Source: Eledone cirrhosa (Eukaryota). From it: DNA of 64,000 bases. Positions 1 through 13,918 of the stretch are shown here, in pieces; the first letter of the stretch is position 1; each line of letters begins with the position of its first letter. The notes under the pieces were generated by a model. That model worked only from the letters and a program-made list of their open reading frames with translations, was not told where the DNA came from and ran no database searches. Position numbers and translations under genes: made by a program. Location: NCBI GenBank assembly GCA_964016885.1, contig OZ024761.1, positions 25,668,001 through 25,732,000 on the forward strand, given 5' to 3'.

Positions 1-500
<500 letters not shown>

Positions 501-735
501 TATTTATTAAAATAACAGATTAAAGTTTAAGCAAAGAATCGTCGGACAAGGAACGAATGAGGACGTTTCTTTCGTATTCGTCTTATTCGGGAAACCTCTG
601 GTAATGAGTTAATTATATTGTATTGTTTATTGTACATTATAAATATATATATATATATATAAATATATATATATATAAATATAAATATATATATATAAAT
701 ATAAATATATATATATATAAATATAAATATATATA

Positions 736-910
736 TATTAATTCAAAATATTAATAAATATAGACATTCTTGTAATCAAATATATTTTATTATATATATT
801 TCAGAGGTACTGTGCTGTTTCCTCAGTACGTCCTCATCAGATAAAATAAATTGATGTGTGACATACCTCAACTGTGCTGATGGTTCAATTGCAGTCTTGG
901 CAGCCTTCAT
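736..910 (-). mobile_element. PLE-like terminal fragment, family A (homologous to 18278-18622)
   Basis: Aligns by eye to 18280-18445 (attaattcaaaatattaa...atttcagaggtactg...cctcatcagataaaa...tgacatacc...gatggtt). Lies between (TA)n and (GA)n tracts. Confidence 0.8.
783..848 (-). ncRNA. Type I hammerhead ribozyme motif, family A
   Basis: Reverse complement: UAUUUUAU CUGAUGA G GACGUACUG-loop-CAGUACCUC U GAAA UAUAUA UA AUAAAAUA. 8-bp stem I, intact core, AUA cleavage triplet. Confidence 0.85.
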
Positions 911-928
911 TATATCTATATATGTATC

Positions 929-1014
<86 letters not shown>

Positions 1015-1237
1015 AATGTATATATATATATAGATACCTATAAATATATATATAAAATATATATATATATAAATATATATATAAATACGTATGCGTATGT
1101 ATATATGTAGGCAGATATATATATGAATATATATATATATATGAATAAATATTTATATATATATATATGAATATATATATATATATATATATATGAATAT
1201 ATATAGATATATGAATATATATATATATATATATACA

Positions 1238-1428
1238 TAAATTAATAAAACAATGAATGAACAAAGAAACAGTTCCTTATATTAAAAAAATTCATCATTT
1301 TACGATCGTTTCTAGGATATATATGTGTGTTAGAGTTGGTATGCATATTCTAAAATCTATGTACAATATTTATACAAACTATCAGAGGGAATATACATAC
1401 CTACACATATATATGCTGTCTTCAGAAA
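1238..1428 (-). mobile_element. PLE-like terminal fragment, family E (long-stem-II hammerhead)
   Basis: Homologous to 40864-41096. Reverse complement has CUGAAGA, a long stem II and GAAAC GAUC GUA; the stem I 5' arm is truncated. Confidence 0.75.
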
Positions 1429-1448
1429 GCTATTCTATTCATTTCAGA

Positions 1449-1484
<36 letters not shown>

Positions 1485-1865
1485 TATATATATATATATA
1501 TATATGAATATATATATATATATATATGAATATATATATATATATATGAATATATATATATATATGAATATATATATATATACATATGAATCTGAAAAGA
1601 ATAGAATAGCTTTCCATTAGCTCCAGAAAAACTTTCTTTAGGAAATGCTAGAAAGTATAAGTAGCGCTTTTCTGTAGATGTGAAAAAAATCTGAAATAAA
1701 ACATGTCATGCCCTCTATTTCTTATTGTTATTTTGACTCTACATGTTAACTTAGCGATACTGAATTCTGATATAATCGCATTGCTTCAGTTCCATACAAG
1801 TACCTCTGTGCTAGAACTGATTAAGTATTTCACTGGTATTCGATTTTATTATATCTACCATGATA

Positions 1866-2087
1866 GGGCGGTGGATTGGCAGTATCGGTAGAGGGTCGAA
1901 CGCCATGCTTTGCTGCATAGAGCTACATCCCTTTATGATCTGAGTTCAAATCCCGCCGAGGTTAACTTTGCCTTTCATTCTTACGGGGTAGATAAAATAA
2001 AGTACCAGTCACGCACAGATGTCGATTTAAACGACGTTCCCCTCCGCCCAAATCGCTGGCCTTTGTGCCTTTATATGAAACCATTAT
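1866..2087 (+). mobile_element. tRNA-headed Deu/Nin-domain SINE, long subtype
   Basis: A-box tggcagtatcgg, B-box gagttcaaatcc, central gcctttcat(t/c)cttacggggt(a/c)gataaaataaagtaccag resembling the Deu/Nin domain, extra gtcgatttaaacgac segment. Confidence 0.9.
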
Positions 2088-2689
2088 ATCTACAATGATG
2101 ATAGAAGTAGATTTCGTAAGGATATGGAACTTAGAATTCTGCTGGTATTTTTTAAATAGGAGAGAAAACGAGAGACAGTGAGAGAGAGGAAAAAGAGTGA
2201 AGAAAAGGTTTGAGGGAGAGAAAGGGAGAACATGAGAGAAAGAGGGGTACAAGAATAGACATGGAGCGAGTGAGAGAGGGTGGTGGTTTAAACGTTCTCC
2301 TTCAAAAACGAACAAAAACATGAAAGGTACATGGTATTTTGAAAGATCTAGCAACCAATAATAAGGTCTTCCTAAATACATGAGGGCCTAAGAATTATTA
2401 GAAAAGTATCACTATTTAACTGTATTTTACCTGTCATTTTCCCTCTCGTGCTTTCGTTATAAAATGTATTAGATGCATTTGTCAGTCTATCGTGGAATAC
2501 AGGTGGACTTTTAAAATGATTAGATACATAAATATATAAATAGCTGAGAAAGTAAAGCCATGTGATCATATATTACAGCTCTACTGCTTGTGTCATACAC
2601 TTAACAATCTCATAGCCAGCAGCCATTTTTATATGAATTTATCACAAGTATTGTGTGAAGAGTTCTTAAGATAACCACTGGATATCAGA

Positions 2690-2825
2690 TTTCTTCATTG
2701 TGGAATGGATATCCGTCGCTTTTGATGAGGATTCTTCGATCAACTGAACAACCTTCTCCTGAACATGACGTGTGAATGGCTGCTCTTAGTGCAGACATAT
2801 GTATGTTTAATGTAATTCAGTCTGT
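2690..2825. mobile_element. Degenerate fragment resembling a second cephalopod SINE family
   Basis: gatcaactgaacaacc...acgtgtgaatggctg...cagacatatgta...ttaatgtaattc resembles an octopus SINE tail. Recognition from memory only. Confidence 0.3.
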
Positions 2826-2929
2826 CACAGTGTGTGTAAATTGTGCTCTCTGAATTACAAGTACAATATATCAGACAGTCTTCTAAGCAGTCTCCGTATA
2901 CCAGGTTTCATTTGGAGGGAAAGTGGGTG

Positions 2930-3132
2930 GAGAAGAAGAAGAAGAAGAAGAAGAAGAAGAAGAAGAAGAAAAGATGAAGAAAAGAAGAAGAAAAGAAGAA
3001 GAAAGAAGAAGAAGAAGAAAAGAAGAAGACGAAGAAAAGAAGAAGAAGAAAAAGAAAAAGAAGAAGAAAAAGAAAAAGAACAACAAGAAGACCATAAAGA
3101 TAAAGAAAAAGAAAAAGAAGAAGAAGAAGAAA
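2930..3132. repeat. (GAA)n / purine-rich microsatellite
   Basis: Seen directly in the sequence. Confidence 0.95.
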
Positions 3133-3521
3133 CGACTACAGTATTAAACTGATACCTTTTTTTATCAACCGTCTATGGATGAAATGCACAGTCGAGTTAG
3201 ACGGGATTTGAAATGAGAGAGCAGATGGCCAAAAAGAATTCTGCAAAACATTCTATCCAACGTTATAACGCTAATTCACCACTACTGCTATATCCTTTTC
3301 TCATATTAAAATATATAAAAATACATCTTTCAATGTCGTTGCGTATTCTCGCACCAGCAAATAATAAAAATCTAAAAAAAAAAAGAAAACTGACATTAAT
3401 AATCTCATATTTATTACACAAGTACACCTGCTACACCATTTCATAAATATCTATGTTCCTTCCTCCAGGACATGAGAGCGGTTTAAATAATCATAATCCA
3501 ATTAGAATATACCCTCTAATG

Positions 3522-4076
3522 CAGAGCTTCTCAAATTGGGCGCTATCGACACCCGGGGGGGCGTTGAGAAGTTCCAAAGGGTCACTGGGGTCTAACAGGG
3601 TTGGGGGGGGGGGGGTGTTAGATATGATATAATAGTATATTAAATATCAAATGATACATATTATATATAAATATAGTGAAATAAAAAATATATGATATTT
3701 AGTTATATATAGTATATATATTTATATATAATATATATTATACTGGATTGGCAGTATCGGTAGAGCGTCAGACACCATGCTTTGCAGCATAGAGTTATGG
3801 TCCTTTACCTTCTGAGTTCAAATCCCACCGAGGTTAACTTTGTCTTTCATCCTTACGGGGTGGATAAAATAAAGCACCAGTAATGTACTGGGTGTATTTG
3901 CTGGCCTTGTGCCAAAATTAAAAAACAATTATATTATTTATTATATATAAATTAACGATTGTATTTATTATATATTATTTACGATTTACCTGTAGGCAGT
4001 TCTCTCTGGAAATAGGGGTTGGGGCGCTGAGGCTATTACTTGGGACGTTGGCCCCCAAAGGTTTTGAGAACCTGTG
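3522..4076. mobile_element. hAT (Charlie-like) MITE with a nested SINE
   Basis: TIRs CAGAGCTTCTCAAA and reverse complement CACAGGTTCTCAAA (12/14). 8-bp TSD ctctaatg (3514-3521) / ctctaata (4077-4084). Confidence 0.8.
3744..3932 (+). mobile_element. Deu/Nin SINE, short subtype, nested in the MITE
   Basis: Same A/B boxes and body as the other copies. Confidence 0.9.
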
Positions 4077-4620
4077 CTCTAATACATAGAATCACCTACA
4101 TTATTTTGACAGTAAATCGATATTCGGATAATAGAATTTGTTACTTTAAATTGAAAAAAAACACAGCAAAAATATAATTATTTCTCACGTCATTTTCTAT
4201 GTCGCCAAACCTATACCATTACATACATTTCGTGTCCCATTCCATCAAACCCACTGATGTAGAGACTTCCTTCTAGAAAGATTTCAATCAGAAGACTTCA
4301 TTGTAAACAGCGTCTAACTGGGAGTCCATTATTCTGTGGTGTGGTATGAGCATAGAAACAGACTAAGTGAATTTAATTGTATTTAAATAAATTTGGTTTT
4401 AATTAACGTGTCACATTAAGTTACTAAACATTATAACAAAATATATTTCAACTCTATCTCACCGTCTATGTCTCTATCTATGTATGTCTCTATCTATCTA
4501 TCTATCTATTCCATCTATTCCATACTCCCTCTCTCTGTCTTTTTATATATACATACACGCACACATATATATATACACACATGCACGTATATGTATATAT
4601 ATAATATATATATATATATT

Positions 4621-4652
<32 letters not shown>

Positions 4653-4861
4653 ATTAAATATATATATATACTTATATATATATATAATTAAATATATATA
4701 TATATTTATATATATATACATATATATATACATATATATAGTAATATCAACAATCATCTTTTGCCATTTCTTCTACCAGTCTAAAATTCCTTTAATCAAA
4801 AATACGGCGACAGCTATTTCTATTTACAAACTCGCACACTGTTTCAAAATACACTTACTTG

Positions 4862-4898
<37 letters not shown>

Positions 4899-6161
4899 TT
4901 AAAATAGACCGAGAAACAGGATTGTCCATCATCAGTAGTCTGCAGTTTATCATTGGTATTTCTTCGCGTTAAAGACTAGATACCTACAATCAATGCGAGC
5001 GATAACTAAATTAAGTTATCGGGACAAAGCGAATTGGAAGGGGAAATGAAACAAACAACATGGTAGTAATGCAACGTAAAGAGAGGAAAAGAGAGACAAG
5101 TCAATGCATCTTGAGGGCATAAGTCCGAACAGATCAAATGATGAGGAGAGCAGACACGTCTGAGCCACGCGAAAAGTGAGAGAGAAAAGAATTTCACACA
5201 GGGCAGACGGGAGGAAGTGAGAGAGGGGGAGAGGCAGAGAGTGAGTGAGTGAAAGTATGAGGAAGTGGCCAGCCGAGAGTGTGTGACCAGCAGCGGGGGT
5301 GAAAGAAAGCAAGAGGTATAGTAGAGAGAAGGGAGAGAGAGAAAGAGGATAGCAGTAAGGTGACAGAAAAAATACGAACCACAGCAAGGGAAAAAAAATA
5401 GATGTGAATGAAAAAATGGCGTGCTGCGTTTTTGCGAATGTGAACATAGGGTTTAATTAGATTCAAACCGGTCCCACCTTATATATATATATATATATAT
5501 ATATGTGGGGGGGGGGGCGTGTATGTACGTATGTGTGTAAACGAGTTAGTGGATTGTAGTTACCACGTGTGGAGAAAGCCTACACACACCCACATACGCA
5601 CATATCGTAGAAATCCTTAATATTATTCTTTGAAATGATTACGTACCTCCAGGATCAAAATATGTAGATATGTTTTGGCCTGATTATGACCCCAGCAGCG
5701 AATACATGTAGTGTAACCGCCCCCCCCCCCAAAAAAAAAAACAATAACAAATCTTCAATCTGCATACAATATATCGATCAGCGGCCTGCATTTACCATAT
5801 CTGCCCTCTAGTATTTGGCGTAGTGTAGGTCAGATTCTGGTGCCATATTTAATTGTGTACTGACAAATATCATAAATAAAAAGAAAACTAAATCAACAAA
5901 GAAACGAACGAAACTTTACAAACTAAAAAGAAAATATATAAAAATTGCAGTTAGAATTAATGTTGGAAGAAAAAACAAAATATCAGAACGAATATATTCG
6001 AAATATATAAGAAATTTTACAGATGGTTAAAAAGGTCAACAGCGCTGTCGCTGGAACTGTTGAAAAAAATACAAACTTATCATGAGGGTACTACTATTAC
6101 TACTACTACTACTACTACTACTACTACGACCACTCCTACCACTACTACTACTACGTCTAAT

Positions 6162-6345
6162 AATAATTGTTTCTACTTTTGGCACAAGGCCAGCAATTAC
6201 ATCAGTACATTACTGGTACTTTATTTTATCGACCCCGTAAGGATGAAAGGCAAAGCTAACCTCGGCGGGATATGAACTCAGACCGTAAAGGGAGTTAACT
6301 CTTTGGTGCAAAGCATGGCGCCCGACCCTCTACCGATACTGCCAA
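6162..6345 (-). mobile_element. Deu/Nin SINE
   Basis: Reverse complement of the family consensus, adjacent to a (TAC)n tract. Confidence 0.9.
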
Positions 6346-6788
6346 CAATACTTCTAATAATAATAAAAATAATAATAATTGTAAGATCTAAGATGCGGTA
6401 ATGTAGACGATGATGGTGGTGAAGATGTTAGTGGTGATAACGAGGAACGTGTGGTTTTGATGACGTAGTGATGATTTAGGTGATGATATTGATGAGCATT
6501 GTGGTGATGGTGATGATGATTGTGATGGTGATGATGTTTATGGTGATGATGGTGATGTTTATGGTGATGATGGTTATATTTATTATGATCGAGAAAACTA
6601 AATATAAAAATTAGAGACGTAAAGATTCGGTGATTTTTTTCTTCCAAAAAAGAAGAAACCAATGAAAAGTTGAAGGAAAATAAAAAAGATATTGGAAAGG
6701 ACAGGAAAGAAAGAGAACAGAAACGCTTGAGAAGAAAAATGATGATAAGGAGGGGTATATAAGACAGGTAAAAGAAAAGGAAAATTAC

Positions 6789-6968
6789 AATTGTTTCTAC
6801 TTTTGGCACAAGGCCAGCACATACTCAGTGCATTACTGGTACTTTATTTTATCGACCCCGTAAGTATGAAAGGCAAAGTTAACCTTGGCAGGATTTAAAC
6901 TCAGATCGTAAAGGAGCGTAACTCTGTGCTGCAAAGCATAGCGTCCATCACTCTACCGATACTGGCAG
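6789..6968 (-). mobile_element. Deu/Nin SINE
   Basis: Reverse complement of the family consensus. Confidence 0.9.
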
Positions 6969-6979
6969 AAAATAATAAT

Positions 6980-7295
6980 GATGATGAGAATGAAGGAGAA
7001 GAAAAGAAGACGAAGAAGAAAAAGAAGGAAAAAGAAGAACAACAAGCAAAATAAGAAAAAGAGGCAAGAAATTAGGAAGAAGAAGAAGAAGAAAAAGAAG
7101 AAAAAAGAGAATAGGAAGAAGAAGAGCAACAGAAAGGAAAAGAAGGAAAGAAGAAAAGAAAAAGGAGAACAAAAAATAAAGAGAAAGATAAAGTGAAAAA
7201 GAAGAAAAAGAAGAAAAAGAAGAAGAAGCAAGAAGAAGCAAGAAGAAGCAAGAAGAAAAAGAAAAAGAAAAAGAAGAAGAAAAAGAAGAAAATAT
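6980..7295. repeat. GAA/GAAA purine-rich low-complexity tract
   Basis: Seen directly in the sequence. Confidence 0.9.
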
Positions 7296-7510
7296 TAGGA
7301 AAAGATTACAAGGACAACGCACAAGGAAATGTACCGAAAAACGACAAGATGGCGAGAAAGAAAAAGTCAGTTATATATCAGCATGAAGAGATTTCATTTT
7401 CTTTCACACGATATTTCCAGTAATATATATTAATCTGTTTCCTTCTTTATTTTTTTATTATTATTTTTATATTTTTTACTCTATTTCTGAATCAGCAACA
7501 TATACCTCTA

Positions 7511-7562
<52 letters not shown>

Positions 7563-7786
7563 CTATAATAATGAGTCAGGCAGTCTTTTACAATGAAATA
7601 GCTCAAAGAAAGAGTATTTCTGAGCCGTGTAATACAGGTTAATATAAATTAATATATTTGATAAACACAAATACCGACATATTCATGTTTGTATTACACA
7701 CACACACGCACATCCCATATATATATTACAACAATATGACCCTCCCCAAGTATAACAATATACAATTTTTATATATATATATACAT

Positions 7787-7836
<50 letters not shown>

Positions 7837-7868
7837 AAATGCAAATAGACACACACACAGAAGGGAAG

Positions 7869-7960
7869 AATTAACCCCAGTAGTACGCTGGTAATTTTTT
7901 CTCGACCTTGTATGGATAAAAGATAAAGTTGACCTCGGCAAGATTTGAACTCACAGGGTC
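7869..7960 (-). mobile_element. Old degenerate Deu/Nin SINE fragment
   Basis: ctggtaatttttt...tcgacc...aaagttgacctcggcaagatttgaactc. Confidence 0.7.
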
Positions 7961-8058
7961 CCGAAAGAAATATCCCAACGCATTCTATCTTAGCTACTAA
8001 AAACTTTGATAATTCGCCTGCTATTCTCCAACGTGTACATACAATGTTAATATATAGA

Positions 8059-8248
8059 GGGCGGTAGATTGGCAGTATCGGTAGAGGGTCAGACATCATG
8101 CTTTCCAGCATAGTTACGTCCCTTTACGATCTGAGTTCAAATCCCGCCGAGGTTGACTTTGCCTTTCATCCTTACGGGGTCGATAAAATAAAGTACCAGT
8201 AATGCACTGGATAATTGCTGGCCTTGTGCCTAAAGTAGAAACAATTAT
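8059..8248 (+). mobile_element. Deu/Nin SINE, full length
   Basis: gggcggtagattggcagtatcgg...gtagaaacaattat. Confidence 0.92.
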
Positions 8249-8538
8249 TTAATTCTTTCACTAATTAAGGACATCTGAAACGGCAATTGTGTTCCATATA
8301 GAAAATTGTTGAAGTTATACTTTATAAATTCAAGATAGACGAACGTCTTGAGTTTTAATTTTGGAGTGAGAAGACCCCAGATGGTTTACGATTTCTCGCG
8401 ATACTCTACTCAGAGTTTCGTTATTTTTCTAATGAAACTGGAGTAGGGACATGCCGAGGTTAACTAGATCTATATCGATCCTACCCGACTCAATAATCGG
8501 CAGCTCGACGGACCATCTTAAAATGCTATAAGAAAATG

Positions 8539-8585
<47 letters not shown>

Positions 8586-8827
8586 ATTATTTCGTGTTGA
8601 CTATATAGATTAGTTTTAAAAGATTTATGGCTGTCATTCAAATTGATATAAATCTTACTTTCATTCCATCTAGATATAGGTGAGAAAGACAGACAGACGC
8701 AGAAACAGCTTTTCTTTTATAAGAAAGATTGATGTTTAACATCATCTCCAAATCTGACGGTGTGTTTATGTACTTTGCATGTATGATTCTGGTGTTGATT
8801 AGTTGAATTATAGATATGATTTCTAAT

Positions 8828-9012
8828 GTGGATTGGCAGTATCGGTAGAGAGTCGGACACCATGCTTTGCAGCATAGAGTTACGTCCCTTTATGATCTGA
8901 GTTCAAATCCCGCCGAGGTTGACTTTGCCTTTCATCCTTACGGGGTCGATAAAATAAAGTACCAGTAATGCACTGAGTAATTGCTGGCCTTGTGCCTAAA
9001 GTAGAAACAATT
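8828..9012 (+). mobile_element. Deu/Nin SINE
   Basis: Very similar to 8059-8248. Confidence 0.92.
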
Positions 9013-10289
9013 AAAGTGAGATAATAAAGATGTTTTTAAAAACTTGTTTGCGTCTTCCATATTTAATATTATTAAATTATTTTTACAGAGAATAAAATAT
9101 CAAGTTTATTAACTTATATTTTAGTTTATTATTTAGTCCAGTACCGTTTCTATTTCATATCTGATAAATCAATAAATTGTCTATGATCATCCGTATTTGA
9201 TTCGATACTTTACGATAGGAAATGACCATACAATTATGGCTGTATTTTTTATTTATCATATTTAGTAAAATAATGCATTCCTTGGAATCGAACATGAACC
9301 CAAGTTTCTAATCCTCAAACGTTTATCACATACGCTACGATCGTTAACTCACGATAGCAACACAGATCGTTATATATGACGATAATAAGAGATGAATAGT
9401 AAAGATTGAATTACAATCAAAATTGTTTCTTTGCCAAGTAGATTCCATCTAAAATGAAGTTCGTCCTTACTGTTCTAGAGTTAACAGCGCTCCACCTTTT
9501 CAATTATGTAGTAAAACAATATATAGTATATGTGAAACTCTAAAACAAACACGATTGTTATTTGATATTCAAAAATGACACTCGGCAATTGTTTGGCAAT
9601 TCTGCAGGATTTAATATTCCCTACTGAATAAAATATAACAAACGAAAATAACAAATATTGTGACCCCAGATATATATTGCTACACCGCATATCACATTTC
9701 AAATAACTCTCTACACAAACAAACATATATCGCCTTGCAGAGAATTTTATCCTTTTCCAGAAAAGATTTTCAATATGAAAAGCCATAAAAATAAATATCA
9801 ATGGATCCATCGATCTACATTAATCTTTCACGCAAGTATATATATATATTCAATCTTTGAATCTACTCTCCTTTAAAGTAATATATTGTACCAACGTTTG
9901 ACAAAATATATTCAAGTGTTAAAATGGCGGATAGCTGATAGCGAATGGTGTCGGGGCGACCGAAATGTATGTACGTATGTATATATCCAGTTATTACTAC
10001 ATCAGAGGTCCAACCAACATTTGATTCCAGAGTCGAGCCAGATCGAAACAGATCGAACCTATGCTAATCAATACCGAATCACGCGTCACTAATCAATAAA
10101 CGTAATGGGGGCTTAACAAATCGTCCTTGTATTATATATATATATATATATGTGTGTATGTGTGTGTGTACACACCTTATTTTTGCAAACTTTAATAGAG
10201 CATGTTAATACAGCCACTTAATGAAAACCCGTTGTTTGCTTAGAATAAATGAACCTTGAATATTAGGAATGCCTGAATTTGTATCACTG

Positions 10290-10415
10290 TATATTTCTCT
10301 AAATATACAACCTTCCCCTACCAAAAGAAAATGTTTAAATACCACCATATCAGATTGGCAGTCGGCTTTCCAGAAGACTTCCTTCGAATGAAACTGTTCT
10401 AGTCCTGTAGAAGCC
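10290..10415 (+). mobile_element. Diverged PLE-like terminal fragment, family C, with a degenerate hammerhead
   Basis: ggctttc CAGAAGA ...gaat GAAAC tgttctagtcct GTA gaagcc. Upstream cctacca...aaataccac...ttggcagt matches the reverse complement of 22220-22270. Confidence 0.6.
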
Positions 10416-10430
10416 CCCCGCCCACCCCAA

Positions 10431-10511
<81 letters not shown>

Positions 10512-10657
10512 TATATATATATATATATAATGAAAATGTTGTGTTTTACAAATGGGTAGATCTAACCATTCCGGTTAGCAAAACTTAATGTAATTAGTTA
10601 AAGTACTCAACAGTTTGCTAATCAACTAACATAGACATGGTTGTTGCAGGCATAGAG

Positions 10658-10703
<46 letters not shown>

Positions 10704-10759
10704 GCATACATATATATATATATATATGCATACATATATATATATGCATATATATATAT

Positions 10760-10853
10760 ATGCATAAATATATACATATGCATAAATATATACATATGCA
10801 TAAATATATACATATGCATAAATATATACATATGCATAAATATATACATATGC

Positions 10854-10862
<9 letters not shown>
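10760..10862. repeat. 18-bp minisatellite (tgcataaatatatacata), about 5.5 copies
   Basis: Seen directly; produces the MHKYIH repeat in the ORF track. Confidence 0.9.
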
Positions 10863-10894
<32 letters not shown>

Positions 10895-11245
10895 TATATT
10901 TATGAACTTGTCCGTATATATATATATATATTCAGAAAAAGGGGAAAAAAAGGAACCAGCAAGATGTCAGGTGAGACTGACATTATATCTTGTTTCATAA
11001 TGAGACATATATCACAAGAAAAACACAAAAATATTCAAACTAAAGCTAAATACAAAACACTAGAGATAACAGAGATACGAACGTTAAAAATATTCAGTAA
11101 TATAAGGAAAGTCGGCCATTGTTTAACACAGAATTTAAGTTAAGTTTCCGGTATGTGTCTATACAAAGAATTAACGTTTGTAGTTTGTGATGGTTTTTGC
11201 CTGATTGTTGTGAGTTTTGTACAGAGACAAACGTATATTCATATG

Positions 11246-11283
<38 letters not shown>

Positions 11284-11815
11284 CATGTGTGTGTGTTTGC
11301 ATATGCATATATAAATATGTATGTGTCTATATATATATGCATATGTATATATATGCACATGTATATATATGCATATGTATATATATATATATATATATAT
11401 GCCTAAATGTAAGTATAGATAAATATGCATATGTAGATATACATTTGTATATATATACATACATATACATATTTATAAATATATTTATTTAGAGAGAGTA
11501 TGTAGCTGAATATACAAGGCTACATACACATTCCTATTTACAAATATATACATATATATATATATAAAGATAATATATATATACATATATATATTTATAT
11601 ATATAAAGATAATATATATATACATATATGTATTTATATATATATATATGTGTGTCTGTGTGTGTGACGTAAGCAAATGTCCAACTTTTATAACAGTGAC
11701 AGACGTGTAACTGTACCGCATGACCTTATCTGACAGACTCCAATGATGTCTGGGGGGCCAGAGATATTTCAAATATAGTTTGTCAGTCTTTGATATAAAC
11801 ACACCCACACACAAC

Positions 11816-11817
<2 letters not shown>

Positions 11818-11867
<50 letters not shown>

Positions 11868-12328
11868 TATATAAGAGAGAGAGAGAGAGAGAGAGCTATA
11901 CATACATATATATATACATATACACGTATATCTAAACATATATATGTATATATATATAGCTATACATATATATATATATATAGCTATACATACATATATA
12001 TATATACAGACATATATATATATATAGCTATACATACATATATATATATACATACATATATATATAGCTATACATACATATATATATATACAGACATATA
12101 TATATATATAGCTATACATACATATATATATATACATACATATATAGCTATATATACATATATATATATATATATACATATATATATAGCTATACATACA
12201 TATATATATATATACATACATATATATATAGCTATACATACATATATATACATACATATATAGCTATATATACATATATATATATATATAGCTATACATA
12301 CATATATATATATACATACATATATAGC

Positions 12329-12360
<32 letters not shown>

Positions 12361-13190
12361 CATATATATATAGTTATACATATATATATAGTTATACATA
12401 TATAGCTATACATACATATATACATATATATGATTTTATGGCTATACATATGTATATATATATATATATGGCTATACATATGTATATATATATATATATA
12501 CATATATGGCTATATATATGTATATATATATATATCTATATATATACATATATGGCTATATATATGTATATATATATATATCTATATATATCTATATGGC
12601 TATACATATGTATATATATATATATATATATATCTATATCTATATGGCTATACATATGTATATATATATATATATATGGCTATACATATGTATATATATA
12701 TATATATATATGTATATCAATAGATATATATAGATAGATATACATATATATATATATATATATATAGATATATATATATATATGTATATATATATATGTA
12801 TATATATAGATATAGATATATAGATAGATATACATATATATATATATAAATATGGATAGATATACAAATATATATATATATATATAAATATATATATATA
12901 TGTATATATATAGATGGATAGATATACATATATATATATTTTGGATATACATATATATATTTTATATATATATATATATATATATTTTATATATATATAT
13001 ATATATTATATATATATATATATATTTTGGATATACATATATATATATATATTTTATACATATATACATTTTATACATATATATATATATTTTATACATA
13101 TATATATATATTTTATACATATATATATATTCTATACATATATATATTTTATACATATATATATATATATATAGCTATATATATATGTAT
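11818..13190. repeat. Compound (TA)n-derived satellite with GCTA/GGCTA, GATA and TTTT interruptions
   Basis: Seen directly in the sequence. Confidence 0.97.
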
Positions 13191-13425
13191 TCACACACAT
13201 GAGAGAGACATATATGCTTGTGTCTGTTATTTCAATAGATTTATTCTTTGTATAATCGGTAGGGTCTGTACCTCCGTCAACTTTCCAGTTCTGCTAGAAT
13301 TTAGACGAACTACCATCTTCCAGTAGTTATATTTTACTTTATTTCATGTATGAATATAGTCCGGTGTATTCTCTCTCTCTCTCTCTCTATATCTCTCTCT
13401 CTCTCTATATATATATCTATATATA

Positions 13426-13480
<55 letters not shown>

Positions 13481-13483
<3 letters not shown>

Positions 13484-13918
13484 TCAGACACCTTTCTCTC
13501 TGGCCAACAACTGGTCCGTTTCTTCCGATATCATTTCGGAAGAAGGATCAGGATGGAGAGAGAGGTGCTGCACCCCAGCCGTTTCTATGAAAGATGAGTG
13601 AAAGTGGCGAGAATGGCCCGTGTGAATGGGCCTTCACTCTACATCAGACTATAGGTGAGGAAGATGAAAGACCAAGGGAGTACCCCTTCTCTGTGCTCCT
13701 GAGGAGAAGGGTTGCACACTTTTTTCGGGGGTGTGTGCGACCCCCCAAGGCGCCTCCTCTCTATTGAGGACTTTGTTATACATTTTATTTTTTGTTATAT
13801 TTTATTTTATTTGTATACATTGTTATTGCCTCCTCCTTATTGAGGACGCCCTGTTTTGTAAACTCCCCCCATTGTACTTATCCCACTTTTGATGCCCTGG
13901 TGGCTAATAAAAGAAACA
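13481..13918 (+). mobile_element. 3' fragment of an L1/Tx1-clade LINE (ORF2 C-terminus plus 3' UTR)
   Basis: Translates as DTFLSGQQLVRFFRYHFGRRIRMEREVLHPSRFYER*VKVARMARVNGPSLYIRL*, resembling Tx1-type ORF2 ends. 3' UTR ends in aataaaagaaa. GC-richer than flanks and embedded in TA/TCTA/TC repeats. Confidence 0.7.

Noticed and set aside
537-610. Possible decayed hammerhead (tcgt CGGACAA...GAAAC ctctg GTA atga)
   Set aside because: The core has two or more substitutions and stem II is unclear, so it was not called.
4905-4945. Minus-strand CTGATGA near 4929-4935
   Set aside because: No downstream GAAA or stem III on the same strand.
9481-9810. 109-aa ORF containing KCDMRCSNIYLGSQ, superficially GIY-YIG-like
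   Set aside because: The other endonuclease motifs are absent; likely a chance AT-rich ORF.
10200-10340. Possible PLE endonuclease C-terminus upstream of the family C degenerate HHR
   Set aside because: It needs several frameshifts, and the region aligns better to the non-coding UTR at 22220-22370.
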